A DNA stretch of 64,000 nucleotides from Malacoraja senta (taxonomy: Eukaryota). The position numbers and the translations under genes were made by a program. Below are positions 11,392 through 23,799 of the stretch, in pieces. The stretch covers positions 7,566,001 through 7,630,000 of the forward strand of contig CM075991.1 of NCBI GenBank assembly GCA_038087875.1. The letters run 5' to 3'. Within the stretch, counting starts at the first letter, position 1, and each line of letters begins with the position of its first letter. Below the pieces are notes generated by a model. That model was not told the DNA's origin and ran no database searches. It saw nothing but the letters and a program-made list of their open reading frames with translations.

Positions 11392-12090
11392 CAGCACGGT
11401 GGTGCAGCGGAAGAGTTGCTGCCTTATTAAGCCCCTGTCCCACTTAGGAGACCTAAACAGCAACCTCTGGTGATCCTTGCCCGCCACCCAAGGTTTCCAT
11501 GAGGTCACCGGAGGTTTTGGTCACTCTCCCTAATGTTCGAAAGTGGTTTCCGCGTGGTCGAGGCTTCATCTAGGTTGCTGCTATTTTTTCATCATGTTTA
11601 AAACCGGCCTCGACTAAAAATAGGTTGCCGTTTTAAAAATCGATAATTTTTTAGTCGCAGGTCTAGTCGAAGCCGGTTTTCTTCATAGTCGAGGAAGGTT
11701 TTCAACATATGCGTGGGAGGTGGTAGGAGGTTGCAGGTCACCTCGACCTTGATTTTTTTTTGGGTGGCGCGCAAGTCACCCGCGGTTGCTGTTTAGGTCT
11801 CCTAAGTGGGACAGGGGCTTTACAGTGCTTGCAGCGCCAGATACACGGGTTCGATCCCCACTACGGAAGCTGTCTGTACGGAGTTTGTACGTTCTCCCTG
11901 TGACCATGTGGGTTTTCTCCGAGATCTTCGGTTTCCCCCTACACTCCAAAGATGTACAGGTTTATAGGTTAATTGGCTTGGTATAAGTGTAATTTGTCCC
12001 TAGTGCGGGGATCGCTGGTCGGTGCGGACTCGGTGGGCCCCACTGTTTCCCCACTGTATCTCTAAACTAAGCTAAAAAAAAAACTAAACT
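11392..12090 (+). mobile_element. HE1-type V-SINE split by a MITE
   Basis: Head gttgctgcctta resumes as cagtgcttgcagcgccaga after 11822. Confidence 0.85.
11430..11819. mobile_element. PIF/Harbinger-type MITE, 390 bp
   Basis: TIR agcccctgtcccacttaggagacctaaacagcaacc at both ends; TTA on both sides; no ORF. Confidence 0.85.
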
Positions 12091-13147
12091 GGGAAGTATA
12101 AATTAGATATAATTCCTTGTAACATCACAAACAGAAAGAAGAGGGCAGGATGAGTTGAGGTAAAGATAAAGATAAAAGAAACAGAAGGAAAATAATGTTT
12201 ATTTAACTATTTCTTTAAACTAATTAAATGCGACTTTGTCAAATTAAATTTGTCAATGAAATGTTCAGTGCCAGAGACATCGGTCCAGAAATTTTATTTT
12301 ATGTTTATTTCATGCTTCACCATCATTTTCAACTCAACATCCAGACCAATATATGTCTTTGGGGATCTGAACTTACAAAATAACCTGCTAGCAATTGTTC
12401 GAACTTTGAAACTGGAGCCATTTTTTAATTGAGATTCTTGATATACGTGTGACATTTTCAACAAACTATCGACATTCAATATGGCTTCATATGTGTGGAA
12501 AAGGATTGTTGTTATCTGGAACATTTAACAAGAATTGGATATCTGCTGCGTCTTCAGCTTTGAAGCCTTCTACATACATTACACAAGCAATTAAACACTT
12601 CAGGTACATGACAGACTTGTGAAGCTGGGCGGACAACAAAATATGTTGACAGCATAAGCCAGTTTTCATGAGAGTTGGTTTTGTCTATTGACATGGCAGA
12701 TCAGTTTAGTCGCTCTTATGTAAACACAGCCAGACCTTTAGCGATAAAATGCTTGATGCATTGTCAAGCCAAATGCAAGCACCATCTAATCATTAATAAC
12801 CCCTCTCTCAAGGTCACTTCTCAAAGTTCTTAAAGTTTTGATTGTTAGATTTGAGGGGAAACCAGTTAGAACTCACAGGATAGAGAAAATAGCCAGCAAA
12901 CGGTGAATGGATTTCAGTTTGGATTTAATCAGAATCTTGCCTGTTTTTTTTTAAAGCGGATTGGGTAGAACTCTGAATGCAGCCATACATTAAGATTAAT
13001 CTTGCTCAACTAAAGCTTGCTGACTTGCATGTGTGAAAGCTTCCAGAATCAATTTTTGTGAGAAGAAAATGACATGGAAAATGGAAATTATTCTTGTTCT
13101 GCTTAACGATGAGAAAGAAGAAGCAAAATAACCAAGAAACTAAGGTA

Positions 13148-13756
13148 GTCGAAATGTTTAAGAAAGAACTGCAGATACTGGAAAAATCGAAGGTAGCAAA
13201 ACAGCTGGAGAAACTCAGCGGGTGAGGCAGCATCTATGGAGTGAAGGAACAGGCGACGTGTTGGGTTGAGACCCTTCTTCAGACTGAAGAAGGGTCTCGA
13301 CCCGGAACGTCGCCTATTCATAGAAACATAGAAAATAGGTGCAGGACGAGCCAGCACCGCCATTCATTGAGATCATGGCTGATCTTCCCCAATCAATAAC
13401 CCGTGCCTGCCTTCTCCCCATATCTCTTGATTCCACTAGCCACTAGAGCTCTATCTAACTCTCTCTTAAATCCATCCAGTGATTTGGCCTCCACTGCCCT
13501 CTGTGACAGAGAATTCCACAAATTCACAACTCTCTGGGTGAAAAAGCTTTTTCTCACCTCAGTCTTAAATGGCCTCCCCTTTATTCTAAGACTGTGGCCC
13601 CTGGTTCTGGACTCGCCCAACATTGGGAACATTTTTCCTGCATCCAGCTTGTCCAGTCCTTTTATAATTGTATAAGTTTCTATAAGATCCCCCCTCATTC
13701 TTCGCTGCATAGATGCTGCCTCACCCGCTGAGTTTCATCAGCATTTTTGTCTACCT
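13148..13756. mobile_element. Head-to-head palindromic PLE module pair with nested CR1
   Basis: acccttcttcag-a-ctgaagaagggt centre at 13283; aagaaactaaggta duplicated at 13134-13147 and 13757-13770. Confidence 0.8.
13320..13699 (-). mobile_element. CR1 (HER1-like) LINE 3' end
   Basis: RRMRGDLIETYTIIKGLD...SRTRGHSLRIKGRPFKTEVRKSFFTQRVVNLWNSL. Confidence 0.92.
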
Positions 13757-14004
13757 AAGAAACTAAGGTATGTCACCAATATTTTCTTATGCTCAAATTG
13801 CGCATACAATCACGTTAGCGCAAACTATAATGTATCTGTGTCCATTTTCTGAGCATTTTCTGAGTTCATGCATGTTAGGACAAAAACTGCATTTAAGCTT
13901 CACAGTCTATAGTTTTAATATTTTTAGTCACAGTCAATATAGAAGCAAATCCTGCTTCAAATATTCAGGTAAAGATGAGTTAAAGTGTCCCAATTGGGAT
14001 ATCA

Positions 14005-14525
14005 ATGTTTCGCACTCAGTTTCAGGCACCATGTTATAGGAAAGACGTTGTTAACCTGGAAGGGTGCAAAGATTTATGAGGATGTTGCCAGGGCTCAAGG
14101 GCCTGAGATATAGGGAGAGGTTGTGCAGGCTGGGACTCTCTTCATTAAAGCACAAGAGGATGAGGTGGTCAAAATCATGAGTGGAATAGATCAGGTAAAC
14201 ATACAGAGTCTGTTGCCTAAATAGGTGAATTGTGAACCAGAGGACATACATTTGAAGTTGAGGGAGGAAAGAATTAATAGATTTAAGGGGTAACATTTTT
14301 ATACAAAGGGTGGTGGGTGTATGGAACGAGCTACCAGAGGAGGTAGTTGAGGGAAGTACCATCCCAATGTTTAAGAAACAGTTATATAGATACATGGATA
14401 GGAAAGGTTTAAAGGGATATGGGCCAAATGCAGGCAGGTGGGAGTAGCACAGCATTGACATGTTGGTTGGTGTGGGCAAGATGGGCTGAAGGGCCTGTTT
14501 CCATGCTGTATGACTTGATGACTCT
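14005..14525 (+). mobile_element. CR1 LINE 3' end, decayed
   Basis: Homologous to 32798-33485; tail gggctgaagggcctgtttccatgctgtatgact. Confidence 0.85.
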
Positions 14526-14762
14526 ATCAATGCTCAGTGACTACAACGTCAGCCATAGTACATGCTGCAGTCTGAAGGTTTATGAGTTGTGATGTGGGAT
14601 TACACAATGGATACCGGCAATCACAGGGTGAAGGAGGGGGGCAGCTACAGATACTCAAGAAATATATTCCCTTTGGTTTCTTGCACCTTTGTGGCAACTT
14701 TATGTACCTGCAGGAAAAAGACTTAAAGCACTGGAGGTAACTCAGCGGGCCAGGCAGAATCT

Positions 14763-15075
14763 TTAGTTTCATTTAGTTTAGAGATACATCGTGTAAACAG
14801 GCCCTTCGGCCCACCGTCCGTGCTGACCAGCGATTCCCGCACACGAACACTATCCTACACACACTCGGGACAATTTACAATTTTGCCAAAGCCAATTAAC
14901 CTCCAAACCTGTACGTCTTTGGAGTGCGAGAAGAAACCGGAGCACCCGGAGAAAACCCGTACAGGTCACAGGGAGAACGTACAAACTCTGTACAGACAGC
15001 ACCCGTGGTCAGGATCGAACCCGGATCTCTGGAGCTGTAAGACAGCAACTCTACTGTGGCTGCGTCAGCATGCCG
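14763..15075 (-). mobile_element. HE1-type V-SINE
   Basis: Reverse complement of the 3500-3812 unit. Confidence 0.88.
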
Positions 15076-15169
15076 CCTCTCTGGAGAACACGGCTAAGTG
15101 GTGTTTCGGAATGCATCTGCAGACTGCACCTTGGCTGCCACAAGGAGTGCACTTTAATGCACCAGCTAA

Positions 15170-15757
15170 AGGGGCTGTCCCACTTGGGCGACCTAATTCG
15201 CGAGTTCTGGCGAGTTTGCCCCCGACTCATACTCGCAGCATGGTCGACACGAGGTCGTAGGAGGTCTTCGTAACTCTCCTTCATGCTCGAGAGTAGTGTA
15301 CTCGAGGCCTCAGCTAGGTCGCGGCGTATTGTTCAACATGTTGAAAAATGCCCGCGAGAAAAAAAAGGTCGCCATGGAAAAAAACGATACTTTTTTTACT
15401 TGTAGGTTTAGTCGTAGTAGGTCGGCATGTTAGTCGTAGGTAATCGAGGGTGGTCGAGGGTAAACGAAGGTAGTCGAAGGTAGTCATAGATAGTCTTCAT
15501 CAAAGTCGAAGGGAGGTCGAAGGGAGGTCGAAGGGAGGTCGAAGGAGATCGAAGGAGGTCGTCTTCACTCTCCACTATTCAGTGTCCAATTTTCCTGAAT
15601 TTAGTCGTAGCTAGTCGAAGCTGGTCTTCAACATAGTCGAAGGAGGTTGAAGTTAGTCTTCTACATAGTCGAAGGAGGTCTTCAACATGACACTTTTTAA
15701 AACTCTCCTAAACTCTTCTAAGCTCGCCAATTAGATCGCCCAAGTGGGACAGCCCCT
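15170..15757. mobile_element. PIF/Harbinger-type MITE, 588 bp, internal gtcgaagg(g)ag array
   Basis: TIR aggggctgtcccacttgggcga; TAA TSD at 15167-15169 and 15758-15760. Confidence 0.85.
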
Positions 15758-16312
15758 TAAAACTCCACTTTCATTGCCAGTCTAACACGGCGAGCCGCCA
15801 TCAGAAAATGCAGCCTAATATGTCACAAATTTTGCGAATGTTTCACCAAGCTGCACCTTAAATGGAGCAACACTGTAGCCTTTGACTTTAATCTTGATCT
15901 CTTTGAAGTTTGTTTGAAGCAGTTCTAATTGTATCAATCTTTTTAAATTTCCCATGTCGATTTTCACTTTGCACACAAAACTATTGATTTCCAAGTTACA
16001 ACTTGCAGTGATGAAGGGAGCAATCATACTTCCTACCAATATGGTTATTAAAGGTTACAAAGAGAGATGGAGCTTCTAAATTGTTGCGTTGTGTAAAATA
16101 TGCAGTATGTAAATATCCATGATTTTTGCATTTTGGTTGACCTTTTACACTGTTCTATATTCTGCAGAGAAATGGTTCCCAATCTATTTGACTGAAAACT
16201 CTTATTTGTTCTCACAGAGTAAAATACACCGCAACTCACAAAGAATATCATGGACTTTTGTTTTCAGGGCCGAGTTACGAGCTTCTCGAAGAGTTGGTCA
16301 GGGCTTGGTAGG

Positions 16313-16530
16313 TTTACAGTTTAGTTTATTGTCACGTGTACTGAGGTACAGTGAAAAGCTTTTGTTGCGTGCTATCCAGTCAGTGGAAAGGCAATACATG
16401 TTTGCAATCGAGCCATTTACAGTGTGTAGAGATACATGATAAGGGAATAACATTTAGTGCAAGGTAAAGCCAGCTAAGACCGATCAAAGATAGTCCAAGG
16501 GTCACTAAAGTGTTACATAGTAGTTCAGGT
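16313..16530 (-). mobile_element. Rex1/Babar-like LINE 3' UTR
   Basis: Same tail as 4728-4930 (ttattgtcacgtgtactgaggtacagtgaaaagc). Confidence 0.75.
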
Positions 16531-17261
16531 GAATTGACTGCTGAAAATTGAACTTAGTGGAGATGGGTGATGGGGAAAGCACTGGGAATGTTAATGGATA
16601 CATGGGTGAGAATATGTTACAGGGCAATGCAGGAGGAATGGGATGCTCTTGTTGCTGGCAGTGATTCGAAGGGCTGAATGGCCTCCTTCTACCATGAGGA
16701 AATACATGACTATGAGGTTGCTTGAGAGTTACCTGCCTTCTAGGGAAGTTTCCAAAACATAAATATCCCAGAACTCAGTCAAAGTCTCCTCTACAGTAGG
16801 GTCTAAACCAGTATAGATTGTTCCACGGCCAGTTTGACCTGCTGAAATAGCACCCCAGTTGAACCAGTCTGGCTAAGGAGGGTGCGTGGACATTCTGCAG
16901 ATCTGTCAAAGGATGATCTCCCTACAACAGCTATCTGTCTCTGCAGTGGAGATGTCCATCACCAGAACACTGCCTAAAGAAACACCTGTAATGCACATCA
17001 CCTAATCCCAATAGGGCTGCACTGGCCCAAATGTTCGCTTGCCTGGCACACATGTTGAACTACCATGAACATCTTTCTTGCCGAATCAAATCATTACTTA
17101 GAAAGCAAACTTTTGTGATTTTCCTTTCTGATCATCTTTGGCCGATGCAATACGGCATGGAGGTACCCAGATATGCACAGTAGCATTAAGCAGTGTGCGA
17201 TGTAGGCATGGTCACCATTTCTGCGAGCACGTGGGCAACACAGAGAAGCAGGTGGCAAAGT

Positions 17262-18012
17262 CTCGTTGCTGTAAAGTTGCTGCCTTACAGTGGCCAATTG
17301 TCCCTGGTGTGCAGTGCAATTGTACGGGGTGATCGATGGTCGGTGCCGACTCGGTGAGCGGAAGGACCTTTTTACATTGTATCTCTAAAGACTAAAGGGC
17401 GGCACGGTGGCGCAGCGGTAGAGTTGCTGCCTTACAGAGCTTGCAGCGCTGGAGACCCAGGTTCGATCTCGACTACGGGTGCTGACTGGTTGGAGTTTGT
17501 ATGTTCTTCCCATGACCACGTGGGGTTTACTCCGAGATCTACGGTTTCCAAAGACGTACAGGTGTGTAGGTTAATTGGCTTGGTGTATGTGTAAAAAATT
17601 GTCCCTTGTGTATGTAGGAGAGAGTCAAGAGTTTTTTTACCATATGTCCCAGATAGAACAATGAAATTCTTACTTGCAAAATAGTGTAAAAACTTCATGA
17701 GTTACCGCGTTTCCTGAGTACCTGCCGTTAGCGTTACGAGCCGCTACGAGACATCCACGAGCTCCGACGTAGCCGCTACGTACATTCTACGTACTTACTA
17801 CGAGTTTTTTTTTTTTTTAAACTCGGGAGAGGTCTTGAATTACCTCGTACAGTGGGACAGGCCCTCAACACTATTCTGCAAGTAAGAATTTCATTGTTCT
17901 ATCTGGGACCTATGGCAAAAAAACTCTTGACTCTCTCCTACATACACAAGGGACTCAATGGGCCGAAGAGCCTATTCTGTGCTTTATCTGTAAACTAAAC
18001 TAAAGTCTAAAG
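17262..18012 (+). mobile_element. Two adjacent HE1-type SINEs, the second carrying a fold-back insertion and half a MITE (17690-17865)
   Basis: Head gggcggcacggtggcgcagcgg at 17397; tail resumes near 17956; MITE right TIR gtacagtgggacaggccct. Confidence 0.75.
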
Positions 18013-18439
18013 GACTTTAAATCAAATGTGAAGACTATTTAGGCACGGGGGTTTCTCCGAGCAGGTTTGAGGGTCTGGTACAGGAACCGGCCACGGGTAA
18101 ATCCTCTTTAATTTAAAAGCCTGTTCTTTTTACAGCAACTCTCTATCAGACCACCCCACTCCCCCAAAAGCCCATTCTCACCACCCTGGCTCCCATTCCT
18201 TATCCTGACTTCAAGCCCCAATTTGCCTCCAAGAGCAATCAAGGTCCCACCTGCCAATGTCTTTCATATCATCCACTCACACCCAGCATAACCTCTGTGT
18301 GACACACAACCTATCTCTTTTCCACTGAGGGCTTCACTTTCATGTAACCAGCAGTGAAAAGACTTTTCAGTGAATGAGGTTGTGAGGCTCATTCGTTGTG
18401 TAAGCCCATGGACATGGCAATAGGTGATCATTGGTGTAT

Positions 18440-18810
18440 AGGTGATCTTATGGAGGTGTTCAAAATCACGAGAGGAATAGAACAGGTGGACACACAGAAT
18501 CTCTTGCCCAGAGTAGGGAAATTGAGAACCAGAGGACATAGGTTTTAAGGTAAGGGGGGAAAGATTTAATAGGAACCTGAGGAAAAACTTTTTTACACAA
18601 TGGGTGGTGTGTGTCTGGAACGAGCTGCACGAGGAGCTAATTGAGGCAGGTACTATTGCAAAGTTTAAGAAGAATTTAGATTGGTACATGGATAGGATAG
18701 ATTTAGAGGGGTATGGACCAAGTACAGGTAGATTGGACATGTTGGTCGGTGTGTGGCCAAGTTGGGCCAAAGGCCCTGTTTCTGCACTGTAAGACCCTAT
18801 GACTGTATAA
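18440..18810 (+). mobile_element. CR1 LINE 3' end
   Basis: VCVWNELHEELIEAGTIAKFKKNLDWYMDR. Confidence 0.88.
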
Positions 18811-19493
18811 CTCTTCGACCTTGTGCAGTGTAAGACATCTGGCTTTGTTGCTCCATATTTTAGCACCTGCGGTCTCTTGTGCCTCTATTTCTTGCAGTTG
18901 GTTTATTCAAAAAATAGGAAACATTTGCATCTGTTTCCTGCCCACATTAGTACCCTCGCCCGGTGAATGCATTGAAAGAAATCTGCTGGAAATGAAGGGG
19001 AAAAGATGATGGATTTTCCATTTTGCCACTCAGCAGTGAACTGTTTAGCAGTGAAAGCCTCAGCAGTAGCCCAGGCATGCTAAGACTTTACGAATTACTG
19101 AGACACGACATACCATTTCCCATTTCTAGATGCAGTGGAAGGAGTCATATTTTTTTAACAAATTTATTTATTTTCCTAAGATGTCAGAGAGCCAAACTTT
19201 AAAAAGAAACTTGCAGATCATTAGCAAATGGTGTTTTTCTTTAATTGAGTCAGTAATTGAAAGATCAGAGTAGCTGACATTAATTGGAGTGTATGAGATA
19301 GCATATTACCAAATGCTATTTACTTGTCAACATTTAAAGCTACTGTTGATTATAAGAGGTCCCTGCGATACTCAAGTAGGCAGCTTTGTCAGTAATAAGT
19401 TTAATTATTCTGCTGGAGGAGTTTATTTGTCTGGAACCTTTGCTCATCAAGTTCTTCACCCTCTGTGCCTCATTGTTAGTTTCTCGGGAGTTA

Positions 19494-19821
19494 AAGCCCT
19501 GTCCCACTGTACGAGTTCATTCAAGAGTTCTCCCCGAGTTTGCCCTGAGTCGAACTCGGAGATTTACGGTAATGGCCGCTCGTAAGTAATCGGGGCTCTC
19601 GTGGATATTTTTCAACATGTTGAAAAATCTTCACGTCTTCCCGAGCTTACCTGCCATTAGCGAGTCTTTCCGAGCACCTGCCGTTAGCGTTACGAGCCGC
19701 TAAGAGACGTCCCCGAGCTCCGACGTACCCGTTACGTTCATTCTACGTGATTACCAGGAGTTTGATTTTTTTTTAAACTCGGGAGAGCACTTGAATGAAC
19801 TCGTACAGTTGGAGAGGGCCA
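19494..19821. mobile_element. PIF/Harbinger-type MITE, 328 bp
   Basis: TIR aagccctgtcccactgtacgagttcattcaag with decayed right copy; TTA at 19491-19493 and 19822-19824. Confidence 0.8.
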
Positions 19822-19991
19822 TTAGATTGGGTGCAGCCTATTCATGGGCCTCGGTCAGTTTTTTTTCAGTCATTTTAGTTATTGTCACGTCTGCAGTGAA
19901 AAGCTTTTGTTGCATGCTAACCAGCCAAGACAATACTTCATTACAATCAAGCCATTCCCAGTGTACAGATGCATGATAAGGGAATCATGGT

Positions 19992-20019
19992 CTGAAGAAG
20001 GGTCTCGACCCGAAACGTC
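19992..20019 (+). ncRNA. Intact minimal hammerhead motif in a PLE module (19986-20103)
   Basis: CTGAAGA-A-GGGT(CTCG)ACCC-GAAAC-GTC; helix I ggt/acc; module flanked by catgataagggaat at 19972-19985 and 20104-20117 inside a Rex1-like tail. Confidence 0.8.
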
Positions 20020-20179
20020 ACCCATTACTTCCTGTGCCGCTGACTTACTCCAGCATTTTGTGTCTACCTTCGATTTAAGCCAGCTCTGCAGTTTTTTCCT
20101 GCACATGATAAGGGAATAACATTCAGTGCAAGGTAAAGCCAGTAAAGTCCGATCAAGGATAGTCGGATGGTCCCCAATG

Positions 20180-20570
20180 AGGAGATCCAATCACATGGGA
20201 CCCAGGACACGCTAGCCAATTGGATACAAAGTTGGCTTGAAGGTTGGAGACAGAGGGTGGTGGTAGAGGGTTGCTTTTCAAACTGGAATCCTATAACAAG
20301 TAATGTGCCACATGGATTGGTGCTAGATCGACACTGTTGCTCGTTATTAATTATAACGGATTGAATATGAATGTAAATGGCATGGTTAGTAAGTTTGCAG
20401 ATTGCTCCAAAATTTGTGGTATAGTGCACAGTGAAGAAGACTCTCCAAGATTACAACAGGATTTTGTTTGATTGAGTCAATGGGCCAAGGATGTCAGATA
20501 AATATGTCGATTTGCTTTCTAATAAGACAGAGTAGGGCAGGACATACACGACAAATGGTAGGGCCCTCCA
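20180..20570 (+). mobile_element. CR1 RT-domain fragment
   Basis: HGTQDTLANWIQSWLEGWRQRVVVEGCFSNWNPITSNVPHGLVL. Confidence 0.85.
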
Positions 20571-20693
20571 GTGCCTCTATATTGTTGTTCAATCCCAACC
20601 TTGGATGCTGCTGTGCAGAATTTGTAGATTCTCTGGTTTCCTCCCACTTTGCCAAGATGTGCTGGAAAGTCAATTGTGCTTTAGTGTGGGGTT

Positions 20694-20990
20694 AGTTTCG
20701 TTTAGAGATACATAGCAGAAACAGGCCCTTCGGCCCACCGAGTCCGCACACGACCAGCGATCCCCGCACACTGACATTATCCTAAAGACAATCTGTAATT
20801 ATACCAAGCAATTAACCTACAAACCTGTACGTCCTTGGAGTGTGGAGAAAACCGGAGCTCCCAGAGAAAACCCACGCAGGTCATGGAGAGAACGCTCAAA
20901 CTCCGTACAGGCAAGCACCCGTAGTCAGGATTGAACCCAGGACTCTGGTGCTGTAAGGCAGCAACTCTACCACTGTGCCTCTGTGCTGCC
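20694..20990 (-). mobile_element. HE1-type V-SINE
   Basis: Reverse complement of SINE unit. Confidence 0.87.
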
Positions 20991-22149
20991 TTTGGTGTAT
21001 GTGCTAGAAGAATCATAAAGGGGGTGGGGATTTAATAGACATGTGAGAGATAATACATTGCATCGCAGGGGAGCAGGGAAATAAGGAGAGGGGGTATGGA
21101 GCTGATGGGATTACTCTGCTAGGAGATGGCATGGACCTGATGGGCCGAGTGGCCTCCCTCAGTGTTGAAATATGTAGGATTTCCCATAGCACATCCACAA
21201 TACTGCACCAATAACAGAGGGGATTATGTAATTAATCTCTGATGTGAGGGTCAAATCCAGGAGTTTCTGAGCTTGAAGCAAAGTGCTAGCAAGCGTCCAG
21301 ACACATGGAGAGAAAGTCAACAAGCGATATCACTCAGCAGGCAAGAACGGGTAGGTTACCTCTTCAATAGTCGTAGTCATTTCCTTTCTCATTGTGGAGA
21401 AGATGGGTAGCTTGTGAAGTTTAAACTGTAATCTCGCCTGCTTTGTGGAAAAGTCAAATGTCACCCTTCCTGTCTCACGATGGCTGTACGTTCCTTTTTT
21501 CGATTTCTGCGCCTTTTATTCTGGGTGCAGAGATTTCCAGTTTTCCGTGTCAAGTGTCTGAAGCAATTCCTAGCCGTGCATGAATAGCAATCAGCCCAGC
21601 ACATTGCACAGATTCATTCCAAGGCAACCTTCCAGCAAGCTGTCTCACAGACATGCGTTCGCCAGAAGAGGCCCACATGCTTGCCAACACAATTTAGCCA
21701 CAGACACCAAAAGCCTTTGCAGTGGTGCCAACGCTCCAGCTGCCTGTCCGCTGCCAAGTTGCCATTCAGATCCTCCATCCACCCACAGCTTTGTCCTTCC
21801 TTCTCTCTGGCCATCTGTCCATCCAACAGTTTCAGCCATGCAGCACACGGCCCATTGCAGTAAAGAGGTGATATCACTGCATGCAGAGTGTTGGGCAGCT
21901 GTCTCTGTAAGACAAGCTTATCACAAACACCTCTTTCCCTTCTCTACTGCACTCCTCTAACCAATAGCTTAAATTCTTTGATTTTTTTATTCCTGGATCC
22001 TTGATCCGACATTGCAGCAAACGGCTGCATTTTATATCTGGTCTGACTAATGTTTAGACACAGGATTGATTCTTTTCTATTTCCTACCCAGTGCATCAGG
22101 TCTTTCACAGTGTCCTGATCCATTATAAGAGTTGGCTGCCTCGCCAACA

Positions 22150-22848
22150 GTCTGTCTGTCCTTTCCTTCTTTGTGTTTTAATTGTATGTGCTAAATGTAT
22201 GTTTTTAGTGTTCTTTAGTTTGTTTTATGTGGGGGGTGGGGTGGGGGGGAGGGCAAGTTAGGGGAGACTTTTTCTAATCTCTTACCTCGCCGGAGATGCG
22301 ATTTTTTTCCGTATTGTATCTCCGTCCGCACTGCAGCCTAACATCGAGGAGTTGGCGGCCTTTGCTGGAGACCGATCTTGAGAGCTCCACCGCGGTCGCC
22401 TGCGGACCTACCATCGCGAAGCTCGCGATCCCTTTGCAGGGGTCGACCTCGGAGCTCCAACCGTGGGTGCTTGCTGGCTTAACATCACGGAGCCTGTGGT
22501 CTCTGGTCAGAGGCCGACTTCGGGAACTCCAAGCCGCGGGAGTTTTGACCGCCCTGACGCGGGAGTTTCGACACGGGGACTTCGACTGCCGGCTGCGGGG
22601 GCTTGATCGCCCAACGGATGGTTCGACTGCCCCGACAATGGGAGAATAAAGAGGAAGGAAATTGGACTTTTTTGCCTTCCATCACAGTGAAGAATGTGGG
22701 GAATCCGCTGTGGTGGATGTTTATGTTAACTTTTATGTAGTTGTGTGTCTTGTTGCTTTCTTTATCGTATGGCTATATGGTAATTCACATATCACTGTAC
22801 CTTAATTGGTACACTTGACAATAAAATACCTTTGAAACCTTTGAATTC
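22150..22848 (+). mobile_element. Unclassified GC/CpG-rich non-autonomous element with Rex1-like 3' stem-loop tail
   Basis: Homologous to 27130-27520, 39520-39780, 6490-6752; ends cactgtaccttaattggtacacttgacaataaa plus (ctttgaaa)n. Confidence 0.6.
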
Positions 22849-22944
22849 CTGTATGAACCTAAATCCCAGCCATTTGATTCTTGCTCAACAGAAGGTCCCA
22901 CACTGTATTAGCTAGAAGGAGAGTTTGGACAAACTTGGATGGTT

Positions 22945-23335
22945 TTCTCCGGAGCGTTGGAGATTGACGGGAGATCTTGAAGACGTTTATAAAATTATGA
23001 GAATCATAGATAATGTAGACAGTCGGAAACTTTTTTCCCAGGGTGGAAATGTCAAAGACTAGAGGGTACAGCTTCAAGGTGAGAGGGCAAAGTCTAAAGG
23101 AGATTTTTTACACAGAGGATAGTGAGTGCCTTGAATGTGCTGCCGGAGGTGGTAGTGGAGGCAGACATGATAGTGATAATTAAGTGCTTTTTAGACAGGC
23201 ACACGGATAAGCAGGAATGGAGGGGTATGGATCAGGAGCAGGCAGTGGAGGTTAATTGATGTGGCATCATGTGCGGTGTAGGCATTGTGGGCCGAAGGGC
23301 CTGTTCCTGTGCTGTACCATTCTGTGTTCTATGTT
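22945..23335 (+). mobile_element. CR1 LINE 3' end
   Basis: actagagggtacagcttcaaggtgag; gggccgaagggcctgttcctgtgctgtac tail. Confidence 0.8.
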
Positions 23336-23799
23336 TGTATGTCACATCGCTCCCGAAGGATCTGTTTCCTTCAGTTTAACGCCGAGCTTCATCTTCTTTG
23401 CCATCCTCGCAAATGACAGTCCCTCGTGTGTACGTGTGAGTGTTGGCCAGCTTTTCCACATGGTGTACTGAGAAAATATCAGGGAGTTAAAATGTCCTAA
23501 TTGGTTAAATGATAGTTACTGCCTCATAAAGTAAACAACTGTGGCACAAGCAACATTGCTCATTTCGGAGCCAAAATAATGCGTGACTACTTTTGTTTTT
23601 GGGCAGTGGCTCCAATCCTATCTTCAGCTGCCCAGAGATGATCAGGTCTGGCCAATTTTCCACTCTCCCTGGCCCACAGCCACTGAAGTCACTGGAGGCT
23701 TTCCAGCATTGCTTCAGCACAGATCAGTTTCACATGCTAAGAAGGGAAGGTACATTGAAGAGTCAAGCACTAGAACTGATGTGGGCCGAATAGTGAAAG

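Noticed and set aside
15400..15690. CRISPR-like repeat array
   Set aside because: Short degenerate units with no unique spacers, inside a MITE, in eukaryotic DNA with no cas genes.
18264..18866. 200-aa minus-strand ORF
   Set aside because: Antisense frame of a CR1 fragment.
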